From positions 24,412-88,411 of the IMG/VR virus record IMGVR_UViG_3300017778_007091: a stretch of 64,000 nucleotides of DNA; one strand, written 5' to 3'. Below are positions 15,731 through 25,191 of the stretch, piece by piece. The position numbers and the translations under genes are program-made. The notes beneath the pieces were generated by a model. The model worked only from the letters and a program-made list of their open reading frames with translations. It had not been told where the DNA came from and made no database searches. The DNA is from a virus (taxonomy: Duplodnaviria > Caudoviricetes). The stretch's first letter is position 1; the number at the start of each line of letters is the position of its first letter.

Positions 15731-17332
15731 CTATTTGTAGATCCAGGCAAACTCAGGTGGTATGTTGTACCTATTCATCGATCGAGGACCAACAAGGTCT
15801 CTCTTAGACTCAGCCTTTCGACGACTTTCGCCATTCATAACATCATTTGCAGCACCATTGAATGTCTGACTCTTGATTGACATTGCAGCTAGCATTGCTT
15901 GATTCAAGGCATTTGTGTCTTTTCCATATTCAGCTGAAGCATCAAATAACCAACAACAAATTGCCATACTCATAACGAGATCATCGTTCTCGCCTTTCAT
16001 AGCTTGGACTCGGTTGTCATTCCACACAAACGTCTTTAGTTCATCATAAAACCTAGATGAGAAAGATATAATCTGTTTGTTCCTAATAAGCTCTTCAAGT
16101 TTTGTAAGGATTAAAGATCGTGTCTTGCCGCTAGTATTAAATCCTGCCGTCGAAGTCTCACCAGGTGGAATGTAGTCTCCGATATAAACTGCATTACTCT
16201 TTTGGTAATACATCTTAGGATAATTTAAATCTCTAAGCCTGACTATGGTCGCATACCCAAAGCTGTTATTCTCTGGACAGAGAAGCGCTTTATTGTAGAG
16301 CAGTCCATATTCGCTAAGTAGATCACCAAATCGGTCAGGTGCTATTTTTCCACGGTACTCTGCGGCAATTTCGCCAGTTGTGACATCAATTATGTGAAAT
16401 GTAGAAAAGTCTTTTCCGTCGCCACGTGCGACATCTGCAGACATGACATACTTCTTTTCTGATAGTGGCCTTGACCAAATCCACACGTTTCGATCAAAGC
16501 CTTCTCTTGCAATTGGATTTCTAATCTGTGAATGTAGCCATTTCAGATCATCATCACCTAAAAATGTCTCTCCAGATGATGCAAAATCGCACAAGTATTC
16601 CTGCGCAATTTGGCGAATTGAAAGATTTCTAGTTTCTTTGTCAAACCATTCTTGATCTCGTTCAGGATGAACATCCCAATTAAGCTTAATTGGCTTGAAC
16701 TCATTAAGTCCTGCCTCAGCATCTTTGTACAACTTGTAATACTGACCACCGACGCCATTGGGCGTAGAAAGTAGAATTGCTCTACCGCCTGTTGTCAGCG
16801 TCGGGTATAGACCAGTCCAAAGAGTGTCGAAGTCTCTAACGAACGCTGCTTCGTCTACGATTAAAAGTGACAAAGCTTCAGAGCGGCCAGCGTCTTCTGA
16901 CGTTGGAATAGCCTTGATTGTAGAGCCATGGCTAAATTCAACAAGTTGTTTATTGTTAGCTGTAACAGATGGCAGCACTAACCAGGCTGGCAAATTATTA
17001 ATAATAGTTTTGGATTTCTTAATAAAGTTCTGCGCAACTTGCAATTTTGTTGCAATGATCAGAATGTTCTTGTCTTTTTGAAAGAGCGCAATCCACACTG
17101 CATAAGCAGCAACAAGCGTTGAAAGACCTAACTGTCTACCTTTCACAACAATCGTGAATCTATGATCAATAAACTCTTTGACACAATCATCTTGAAATGG
17201 GAAAGTCTTAAAAGGAATCGTTCCTTTTGTTGGATGTTGTATCTTTACGTAATTATTGAAGAAATAAGTCGGATCTCTACCACATCTTATAATTTCTGCA
17301 ACTTGGTGTGACTTGTTTGTAACAGCCATCAA
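15731..17332 (-). CDS. terL: Terminase large subunit (T4 gp17-like)
   Basis: KGRQLGLST Walker A-like, LLIVDEAAF Walker B, LSTPNG motif III, RNase H-fold SADVARG, ENNS.G, DDLVM. Confidence 0.95.
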   Translation of the reverse strand: MMAVTNKSHQVAEIIRCGRDPTYFFNNYVKIQHPTKGTIPFKTFPFQDDCVKEFIDHRFTIVVKGRQLGLSTLVAAYAVWIALFQKDKNILIIATKLQVAQNFIKKSKTIINNLPAWLVLPSVTANNKQLVEFSHGSTIKAIPTSEDAGRSEALSLLIVDEAAFVRDFDTLWTGLYPTLTTGGRAILLSTPNGVGGQYYKLYKDAEAGLNEFKPIKLNWDVHPERDQEWFDKETRNLSIRQIAQEYLCDFASSGETFLGDDDLKWLHSQIRNPIAREGFDRNVWIWSRPLSEKKYVMSADVARGDGKDFSTFHIIDVTTGEIAAEYRGKIAPDRFGDLLSEYGLLYNKALLCPENNSFGYATIVRLRDLNYPKMYYQKSNAVYIGDYIPPGETSTAGFNTSGKTRSLILTKLEELIRNKQIISFSSRFYDELKTFVWNDNRVQAMKGENDDLVMSMAICCWLFDASAEYGKDTNALNQAMLAAMSIKSQTFNGAANDVMNGESRRKAESKRDLVGPRSMNRYNIPPEFAWIYK

Positions 17333-17709
17333 TCACCAATTGTATAAACGGCTCTTCTTCGATAGTAAGCAGTCTTTTTAGGATTGTAGGGTGACATGTT
17401 CAGAAGTTCGATCTCACCTGACGAATCTCCTTTCTTGAGTTTTAAGGAGGATCCTGCTGCAGATTTGTAATCTTTCTTAACAGTGTCAATAAAGTCAGAA
17501 ATAAGCTTCTCAGAAATTCTCTCTTGTTCACGTGTCTGATCTTTCATAGGCGCATCACCTACGAAATTAACTATTGTCGTGTAAGTTACGTTAATTCTAT
17601 TTCCTGCAATAGACGACTTTATCGAGATTGTTCCTGTTTTTGACATTGACGAGCGTCCAAATGTTGTATCAAGAATCTGGCCGAGTATATTAACCTGTTC
17701 GAATGTCAT
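17329..17709 (-). CDS. Hypothetical protein
   Basis: 126-aa ORF overlapping the TerL start by 4 nt. Confidence 0.7.
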   Translation of the reverse strand: MTFEQVNILGQILDTTFGRSSMSKTGTISIKSSIAGNRINVTYTTIVNFVGDAPMKDQTREQERISEKLISDFIDTVKKDYKSAAGSSLKLKKGDSSGEIELLNMSPYNPKKTAYYRRRAVYTIGD

Positions 17710-17932
17710 ATTGTTGTTCCTTTCTTGCTCTGATTAGTGAAATTCTATCTCTTATATATTTATCAATTTCTTCTTTATTTGGGCGCCATCCTGCCTTCCA
17801 TTTTTCGCGGTCGGTTTCGGCCCATTGCATGGCACAATTTCTGCAGCACGTAAATTCAGCATAGTAAAGTTTATCAATGTTGTAGTTCAAAGAAACTTTA
17901 CAGACATCGCAAAATAGAGGCATTTTACTCAT
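17690..17932 (-). CDS. Small zinc-finger-like protein
   Basis: CDVC...CCRNC cysteine pattern; tiles between flanking genes. Confidence 0.65.
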   Translation of the reverse strand: MSKMPLFCDVCKVSLNYNIDKLYYAEFTCCRNCAMQWAETDREKWKAGWRPNKEEIDKYIRDRISLIRARKEQQYDIRTG

Positions 17933-20900
17933 GGCTGACTTTTGCTTTACCCGATGTTGTATCGATGCTTAAAACATTGTCAACGATGTCTTTGATTGCG
18001 TCGACATGTGAAATGATCATGATCTTCCTGAAGTAGTTTTTAAGGTTCTGGAGAAGACGAGCACAAGATTCTAAGTTGCTTTCGTCTAGAACACCAAATC
18101 CTTCATCAATAATAAGCATGTCAGACTTTGGTAAAGATGAAATGCTTGTCAAAGCAACTCTAATTGCTATTGAAGAAATCATCTTTTCCATGCCAGATCC
18201 TAACTCAATTATTCTCTTCCTGTCACCATAGTTTATGTAAATCTCTATTGAATTTGAATCATCACATTCAATTTCAACAGTGAAACCAGAAATTCCGGTT
18301 AGAATCTTTGAGATCTCGCTATTAATCAAAGGAAGATTTTTTGCGATTATATTTTGCGGTATACCTTTCTTTGAAAATGCATTCTCAAGAAGCGTCAAGA
18401 TTTCAAAACGTTCCAAGCTGGACTTAAGAGTTAGAATTTGTTGCTCATTATTCGCAATTTTCTCCGTGATTCTACCTAAAGTTGATGCTGCAGAAAAAGC
18501 CTCATCTTCTAATGACTTGATTCTTTCTTTAAGGTCAATACAGGTCTGGTGAGTCTCACTTATACCTGTCTCATTTTGATCTTTGAATTTTCTTAAAGAT
18601 TCTTTATACTCAAGTTGTGCAGATTGAATTAAAACATTCTTTGAGGTAAGACGCTCTGTTATGAGTTCTATCTGTGATGTTGTGTAAACACGCTTATTTT
18701 CAAGATCTTTTTCCAGAGTTACAAGCTTGTTAATTTTATCAATTTTAGCTTTGATTTCTTCTTTACTTGTCTCAGAAAGCTTTTCTTTAAGTACGTCAAG
18801 TGTTCTCTGGACTAAAGCTCTAGTGTCTTCTTCAATTTCAAGAATCTTTTTGCTATTATGGGCATCTTTGATAAAAATGCATGAAGAAAATTGATCACCG
18901 CAGGGGACTTGATCTAGGATTCCGATATTTCTTTTAATCTTCTCAAGCTCTTTATCTTTAGATTCAAGATCTTTTAGATTTATTGCATACTTCATTTCAA
19001 GATCTGCGATTGAGTCGTGCTCTTTTTGGAGTTGGTCAACACTAAAAGTACTTCTCACATCATTGATCTTCTCAATCTTGTCATCATACGTTTTGATAGA
19101 TTCCTTGTGGTCTTCTATCGTCTTTTGCAGTTGCTCGATCTCTTTTTGCAGCTTATCAATCTTTGACGAGATAGACTTGATGTCAGACTCAGTGACAATA
19201 TTCTCTGAGTCTGATGTTGACATCTTTGACAGTTTTTGTCGATTATTAGTGATTTCCTGCTTTAGAAGATCAGATTTTTCTTCTAACATCAGCTTGTCGT
19301 TGATAAGCTTATCGCATGTCTGGCGAAGTAGATCTAATCCTGCTGTTGACTTAATTGCAGACTTTAATGGGCTTAAGTCTTGTTTAACTACTTCAAGATA
19401 CTTGTCAAATATGTCAAGATCTAGAAATCTACTAAGAATCTGCTTCCGGCTGGTAGATTTTTCGTTAATGAACATATTCATTTGCCCTTGCGGGGCAAGG
19501 CATGTGTAGAAAAAATCGTCAGATGTTCCAATCAGCTTTCTAACAAGCTTCTCTGTCTCTCTGCGCTGCTCGTCATTAAGATCTTGAATTACGTCACCTG
19601 TACTCTTTTTCTTGAGTGAAAGTGTTGTATTTGCCCAGACCTCACCTTTCTTTGGATAGTTCTTTGTCGATTCTCTTGTGATTTCGTAGTCTTCGCCTGC
19701 AACTGAAAGGTTGATCTTGCTCTTGCATGATTCTTCATCAGCATTGATGATGTGCAAATTTTTCATTGCGCCACGATCTGAAGTGTTGAACAGGTTATAA
19801 ACAATTGTTCCAATTATCGATGACTTGCCTGTCCTATTCTTGCCAAAGATTCCTGTGATGCCTTGCAAATTTTCAAAGTTAATGACGTTATCTTTGCCGT
19901 AAGTAAAGACATTGTCAAACTCAATATTCTTTAAGCTCCATGACACATTTCTTGCAACTTCATCATCAAATGTAACAGAATCAAAATATTTGTCAAATTC
20001 TTGAAGTGCATGAGTGATTTTTACATCTTCAACAGCGCGCTCTTTGAGATATGACTCAATGACGCTCTTGATAGAGTCTCTGTCTCTTAGATTGGAGCTT
20101 TTAAGATTAGAGATTATTACGTCGTCTTTCTTCTCTGTTCGGGCATCAATCTTGAAAACAACTTCAGAAAAGTTCTTAAGTTTAAGAGCCATATCATGCA
20201 AGCTTCTTGCATCAATATCTGCCGTTTCAGATGGTAAATTAAACCTAACGCGAGCTGTTTCAGGAACACTTGAAAGCTTATCAATTGTTGTTAAAACATT
20301 CCCGGCCCAATCAATGTTTATGAAAGGGTAATCATTTTTAACTTCAATGAATTTAGCAGAGAACTTATTCTTATTCTTAATGTCCCAAAATAAGAAACCT
20401 TTTTCGAGGTCTTCACCGTAGTTTTGCTGGATTGTTGAACCACAGTAAGCAATTGTCTCTGCATCATTTAGAAATTGCCTGCGATGAATGTCGCCAAGCA
20501 GAGAAAAATCAAATTTTTCAAACATGTCAAGCGTAACTTCGCCCTGGATATCAAAATCACTATCAGACTTTGATCCTCTAACAGCGCCGTGGTAAAATGC
20601 GACATTGATCGAGCCTCTTACAGGCTTTATGTCAGACCAACCTTCTTCGTCAAAGGGAGAAAAGACACACCACTTGAAACCTTCAATAGGTGCATCATAA
20701 ATGCCTGACTTTTTAAAGAGCCTGATTCTTGGGTTATTAAGTGCCGAGATAACAGGCGTGATGGCATCTTGCCTATCTTTGTTAAGAAGCAAGCCGTCGT
20801 GATTACCTAAGATTATATCGACAGGGGCAATCTCTGCAAGTCCGTTGAACCACCACGTTAGAATCTCGATTAACTCTGGTGTAATTCCTTGTGTCTTAGA

Positions 20901-21041
20901 GTGGACAATGTCGCCTCCGATATAGATTACGTCAGGACCCAGCTTTTTGAGCTTATTAAAGGCATCTGCAAAAGATGCGCGATATTCACTGTGGCGAGAA
21001 AGTCCTCTAAAATGAACATCTGCGAAGTGTGCAATTTTCAT
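17925..21041 (-). CDS. Fused Mre11/SbcD nuclease - Rad50/SbcC ATPase (T4 gp47+gp46-like)
   Basis: N-terminal phosphoesterase motifs ADVH, GGDIVH, GNHD, YHG, GDIH; Walker A GKNRTGKSS; long coiled coil; signature GSGME; Walker B IIDEGFG.LD; H-loop ISH. Confidence 0.93.
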   Translation of the reverse strand: MKIAHFADVHFRGLSRHSEYRASFADAFNKLKKLGPDVIYIGGDIVHSKTQGITPELIEILTWWFNGLAEIAPVDIILGNHDGLLLNKDRQDAITPVISALNNPRIRLFKKSGIYDAPIEGFKWCVFSPFDEEGWSDIKPVRGSINVAFYHGAVRGSKSDSDFDIQGEVTLDMFEKFDFSLLGDIHRRQFLNDAETIAYCGSTIQQNYGEDLEKGFLFWDIKNKNKFSAKFIEVKNDYPFINIDWAGNVLTTIDKLSSVPETARVRFNLPSETADIDARSLHDMALKLKNFSEVVFKIDARTEKKDDVIISNLKSSNLRDRDSIKSVIESYLKERAVEDVKITHALQEFDKYFDSVTFDDEVARNVSWSLKNIEFDNVFTYGKDNVINFENLQGITGIFGKNRTGKSSIIGTIVYNLFNTSDRGAMKNLHIINADEESCKSKINLSVAGEDYEITRESTKNYPKKGEVWANTTLSLKKKSTGDVIQDLNDEQRRETEKLVRKLIGTSDDFFYTCLAPQGQMNMFINEKSTSRKQILSRFLDLDIFDKYLEVVKQDLSPLKSAIKSTAGLDLLRQTCDKLINDKLMLEEKSDLLKQEITNNRQKLSKMSTSDSENIVTESDIKSISSKIDKLQKEIEQLQKTIEDHKESIKTYDDKIEKINDVRSTFSVDQLQKEHDSIADLEMKYAINLKDLESKDKELEKIKRNIGILDQVPCGDQFSSCIFIKDAHNSKKILEIEEDTRALVQRTLDVLKEKLSETSKEEIKAKIDKINKLVTLEKDLENKRVYTTSQIELITERLTSKNVLIQSAQLEYKESLRKFKDQNETGISETHQTCIDLKERIKSLEDEAFSAASTLGRITEKIANNEQQILTLKSSLERFEILTLLENAFSKKGIPQNIIAKNLPLINSEISKILTGISGFTVEIECDDSNSIEIYINYGDRKRIIELGSGMEKMISSIAIRVALTSISSLPKSDMLIIDEGFGVLDESNLESCARLLQNLKNYFRKIMIISHVDAIKDIVDNVLSIDTTSGKAKVSHE

Positions 21042-21070
21042 ATCTTAATATTAACTTGAATTTGATCTTT

Positions 21071-21361
21071 TTACTCTGCCCTGGTAGCTAAATTAGAAGT
21101 TTCTTTCTTGAGATTACTCAAGATCTGTTCAATTTCCGGATCCTCGTAATCATCACCGAGATTGTCGTATGCTGAAATTAATCCATTGATTATTTCATAA
21201 AGGTCGTGCCTAAGAGCGCCTGGATCTTTATTTCCTTGCAAAACAATTCCATCATTTTCAGTGTTGTCAACAAGATCAAAGTTTTTCCTCACCTTGAAGA
21301 CAGCATCGTCGTTTAACACACTAATCATTTCGCGAATATATGCACGTAGTTCATTTGTCAT
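21071..21361 (-). CDS. Small acidic protein with propeptide-like N-terminus
   Basis: MTNELRAYIREM...; ATAATTA motif 5 nt upstream (21367-21373); no SD. Confidence 0.65.
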   Translation of the reverse strand: MTNELRAYIREMISVLNDDAVFKVRKNFDLVDNTENDGIVLQGNKDPGALRHDLYEIINGLISAYDNLGDDYEDPEIEQILSNLKKETSNLATRAE

Positions 21362-21372
21362 ATGACTAATTA

Positions 21373-22335
21373 TCAGATAAGTGAACCACTTTTGATATTG
21401 GCAATTTTATACTTGAACGATGCAGTCATGTCCCATTGCCTAACTGTCTCTTTTGCATGGATCAACTGGTCTGGTGTCATCTCGGCAATATCTTTTGCAC
21501 AAGATGTGTCCATGATTGAGACATTGCATCCGTAATTCGTCAGCAAGTCTGCAATTCTACCTGTCTTTTGTGTCATATCTTGGTCGAGGCAAAGAATGAC
21601 ATCGGCATCATTAGCGACAATCTTCTTAAAAAGAAGAGAATTCTCTGAGATTGACGAACCAAGAAGGCACGAGCCGTTCTCCTTCAATGCCATTAGGTCG
21701 AAGACACCCTCGACTAGATAGAGTGGTTTATCCCAGTCGATGTCAATATCATTAAAGATAATCCCAGTCTTATCAGTAGAGGCATTGACGTATCTTATCC
21801 TTGCATTTGAATCTGCGCTACGACCAAGGTAGTAGTTCAGGTCACCGCTAGAATCAAGTGAGGCGAATATTGCTCTTCTCGAAAATCTAGATTCGTTTGC
21901 AACGCCGATCCTGAAGCGCCAACAATCATATTCAGTTATTCCACGCTTAGAAAGATAACGAATTACAGATTTATAGTCAGGATTTGTAACACGAGTTAGC
22001 GTCGGCAGAGGAACAAACCCATCAGGTAGTTCAAGCTTTTCATCAACTATGATCGAATCTGCACCTAAAATCTTATCATGGAGAAAGTGCGATCTAAAGT
22101 AGTCTGCGTCTTCTCTAGACTTAAATTTCCGTAGAAGCGAAACGATAGTATTACCTTTGGCACTACAAACCCAACAATGGTATTTCCAAGTTTCTAGATT
22201 GATTGCAAGTTTTTTCTTACCAAGCGACTTGCAATTAGGGCAGCCAATTGTGATGTCATTTCCATCTCTAGAAAGTACGCCTTTACCAAAGTTTTTTTGA
22301 ATAAATGAGATTCGTTCGGTGTATGTAGAAGACAC
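21373..22335 (-). CDS. DNA primase (DnaG / T4 gp61-like)
   Basis: Zn finger CPNC..HCWVC; TOPRIM LVEGVFD and LCLDQD; GTG start. Confidence 0.9.
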   Translation of the reverse strand: MSSTYTERISFIQKNFGKGVLSRDGNDITIGCPNCKSLGKKKLAINLETWKYHCWVCSAKGNTIVSLLRKFKSREDADYFRSHFLHDKILGADSIIVDEKLELPDGFVPLPTLTRVTNPDYKSVIRYLSKRGITEYDCWRFRIGVANESRFSRRAIFASLDSSGDLNYYLGRSADSNARIRYVNASTDKTGIIFNDIDIDWDKPLYLVEGVFDLMALKENGSCLLGSSISENSLLFKKIVANDADVILCLDQDMTQKTGRIADLLTNYGCNVSIMDTSCAKDIAEMTPDQLIHAKETVRQWDMTASFKYKIANIKSGSLI

Positions 22336-22341
22336 TTCTAA

Positions 22342-22920
22342 TCATACATCATCCTCATGCAGTTTACCATCTCTCAATAAGTTGATTCCTGCACTACAAA
22401 TAACATATGCATCTGACATATCATAGCAAGAAGTCTTGACTGCGCCTGTCTTTTTCTTGGGCCAGTCAAACTCTATCTCTCCTGAGACCCAGTCGAAGAT
22501 CTTTTCTTTTGTAGTTTTAGTCTTGTCTTTGTGATTAATCTTTAATCCTACAGCAGACCTTGCTTTAGTTACATTAATCAGATCAGGTCTTATCATAAAT
22601 GTCTGGTACGCCATAAAAGTAACTGCCCCGTTAAACCTAGCAAGCGTATTGATAGTTGCTGCTGAAGAAAGACCTGGTCTGAATGCTTGAAGATCCTGTT
22701 CTATAAAGATATTCTGTATCAGATGATCAATTTTCAAGTAATCTAGATATTTTTTTACTTCAACACACTTTTCAAAGAAATCAGAGCATTTATCTAATCT
22801 GATATTGTCTAGAAGAACTAATTGTTTATCTTGATCTAGTATACAGATTCCTGTGCACGATGTAGATATATCAAGCCCCAAGAACTTAGAAGTCGTATTT
22901 GATTCTGAACATGAATTCAT
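22342..22920 (-). CDS. RuvC-like Holliday junction resolvase
   Basis: FLGLDISTSCTG..., IFIEQ, DMSDAYVI acidic tetrad pattern. Start uncertain (22920 or 22938); overlaps the upstream gene. Confidence 0.8.
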   Translation of the reverse strand: MNSCSESNTTSKFLGLDISTSCTGICILDQDKQLVLLDNIRLDKCSDFFEKCVEVKKYLDYLKIDHLIQNIFIEQDLQAFRPGLSSAATINTLARFNGAVTFMAYQTFMIRPDLINVTKARSAVGLKINHKDKTKTTKEKIFDWVSGEIEFDWPKKKTGAVKTSCYDMSDAYVICSAGINLLRDGKLHEDDV

Positions 22921-25180
22921 CTGAATCTCTTTTTGCAATAGGTTGAGCGAGGTTTGCTCTCATTATAACATTCAGATTCTCATCATGCAAATTAATTCCA
23001 GTTATGTAGACAAATCTATCTTCTCTTTCATTCGGATTTTGTGTCACAGGAAAAGATTCATACGTAGGATTTGATGAAGAGTTTATCAAGCTTCCTGGAC
23101 AAGGTACGTTAACGACCATGACAGGTGTATATTGCTCACCAGTAAGATTCATCTCAAACTTATCTTTACCAAAGAGCGCAAGAGGTGGTGATGTAATAAC
23201 TGAGACGCCTTCGTTGTAGAAAACATTGCCAACAGATGACCACTTTGCATGCTTTGTGAGCGCATCACATCTATATAGTGATCCAAATCCATCATCTTTG
23301 ATGCTAATTTTCACTTTATCGTGTGACCCACTAAGGCTTGTGTCCTGTAAAGTATAAGATGAAGGCATGATTCGTCGACCGTAACTTAAATTGGACATAT
23401 CAAAGATAACGACTTGATTTGAGCTAGTGTCTCTAAATCTTTGCGATACTGTCAAATACGGACCATTACTAGCAATAGGATCTTCAGGCGAAGCATCACC
23501 TGAACCGAACGATGCCTGGTAGTTACTTGCAAGTCCTGAGTTAAAACCGCCTGAGACGATTTGACGCATTGAGATTATTGAGTAATCAAAGTTTCCTAGA
23601 TCATTTTTAAAGAACTCAGAATTCTCACTTTCAATGTTTGTCAAATATGGTTTTTGTAGACCGTTATCATTAGGTAGTATAGTGAGATTTCTTTTGGCAA
23701 CATTAGAATACCCATAGAGAATCTCATTTGCTGTTTGATTTACGGCTACAAGAGTTTCTGATCCTGTCAGGTTGTACAATCTTGGAAATTGATTTGTCGT
23801 GTAGTCTTTCACAAAATTTTCTAAGTTCATGTAAAAGCCATTGACTCCCAATGACATGTCCGCATTGAATGGACTCTCTGTAGACTTCGTCGTCGATTGA
23901 AACGGTGTTACGAGAACCTTTCTTGAGTTTGTTATTGTGGAAAATTGAGGCGGGACATAAAATACAAGATCAGGATCACTTCCAGGAGATTGTGATGCGA
24001 AATTCTGGATGTCTACGTTTGAGATGCAACGTTTGAGGATCTTTAAATCATGCAACTCAGCCTGCAGCGGATGCCTAAATGCAAAACCGACAGGATCGGC
24101 TGTGAATCCAGAAAATTCTGGAATTCCCTCGTCTGTTGCAACATTTGCATTGAAGAATTTTGCATTAAAGTCACTACCTTCAAAGTAATTACCGACAATC
24201 AACGCGTCAGAATTCTTGTAAGTTGCAATAGAGCTTGAAGGAACAGCAAAATTTGTAATGTTACTGTCAATAATGATGCTACCCGATCCGTAGCTTCTTT
24301 GACTTGAACCCCACCTAATTGTGACGTGTTGCCACTTGTTATACTCAAGCGAGTTATCGTTAGACACAAATATCAGGTCTTTAGGGAAGGAAAGACCTGA
24401 TTCGACTGCAGGTATTGACAAAGAAGAAGGCCGAACATCGGCGCTCTGGCTAAGTTGCAAAAGCAATCTAAATTTATCAACATTCTGATTGTTATCTCTG
24501 CTTGATCCTGTGACTAGAGAAAGCGCAAACGTTGATGATAAGTGTAATATTGTGCCCGCTGTAAATTCAGATCCTGACGGGCTCAAATATCTGGGATTGA
24601 TATAGAAGTCAATTGTGAAGTCACTAGGAGGTGTGTACTGTCGACCGTCTGATGACGTGGTATTGGCATAGACGATAGCTGTCTGGTTATTAAGATTGCT
24701 TGAAGAGAAAAAATTAAGTGAGTGATAGTTTCCGCAAGAAAAATCACAAATTGAATAACCATGCCTGTAAAAAGGCATCATTACCTTTCTTATTGAAGTC
24801 TTTAGGAAGAATGGGCTACCGTTATCATTTGAGAAATTGACAGGTTGAGCATATCTTAGAGGCGAAAACTTAATGTCATTTAAAAGTGTGTTAGATTGAT
24901 CGTGAGCATAACGGATATAAGCAGATAAATCACCAGAGACATCTGGGATTCCGCTGTTGACTTTAAATGAAGCCGCCTTTAAATAACTATTGATGGAATT
25001 AATTGTTCCCTCAACAAAAGCAGATGTCACAGGTTGAACTTGCTTATTTAAAATACTAGGCCTTGAAATAAGCGGAACTGATCCTGTGACACCGAGCGAT
25101 GACGATATGAACGTTCGCTTTGGGTGTAAAGCGAGCGTTACATTTTCAATTAAGTCTGGTGTGATTGGTATTAGTGCCAT
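22886..25180 (-). CDS. Tail/baseplate structural protein with LamG-like region and tail-collar-like C-terminus
   Basis: FTIDFYINP..WQHVTIRW..LIVG..LHDLKI lectin-like pattern; C-terminal YITGINLHDENLNVIMRANLAQP..K...F.IKYDF shared with 25192..26421. Confidence 0.6.
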   Translation of the reverse strand: MALIPITPDLIENVTLALHPKRTFISSSLGVTGSVPLISRPSILNKQVQPVTSAFVEGTINSINSYLKAASFKVNSGIPDVSGDLSAYIRYAHDQSNTLLNDIKFSPLRYAQPVNFSNDNGSPFFLKTSIRKVMMPFYRHGYSICDFSCGNYHSLNFFSSSNLNNQTAIVYANTTSSDGRQYTPPSDFTIDFYINPRYLSPSGSEFTAGTILHLSSTFALSLVTGSSRDNNQNVDKFRLLLQLSQSADVRPSSLSIPAVESGLSFPKDLIFVSNDNSLEYNKWQHVTIRWGSSQRSYGSGSIIIDSNITNFAVPSSSIATYKNSDALIVGNYFEGSDFNAKFFNANVATDEGIPEFSGFTADPVGFAFRHPLQAELHDLKILKRCISNVDIQNFASQSPGSDPDLVFYVPPQFSTITNSRKVLVTPFQSTTKSTESPFNADMSLGVNGFYMNLENFVKDYTTNQFPRLYNLTGSETLVAVNQTANEILYGYSNVAKRNLTILPNDNGLQKPYLTNIESENSEFFKNDLGNFDYSIISMRQIVSGGFNSGLASNYQASFGSGDASPEDPIASNGPYLTVSQRFRDTSSNQVVIFDMSNLSYGRRIMPSSYTLQDTSLSGSHDKVKISIKDDGFGSLYRCDALTKHAKWSSVGNVFYNEGVSVITSPPLALFGKDKFEMNLTGEQYTPVMVVNVPCPGSLINSSSNPTYESFPVTQNPNEREDRFVYITGINLHDENLNVIMRANLAQPIAKRDSDEFMFRIKYDF

Positions 25181-25191
25181 GCATGTCTAGA

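Noticed and set aside
22886-22938. Functional significance of the 35-53 nt overlap between the RuvC-like and tail genes
   Set aside because: Start codon uncertain; short overlaps are common in this compact genome.
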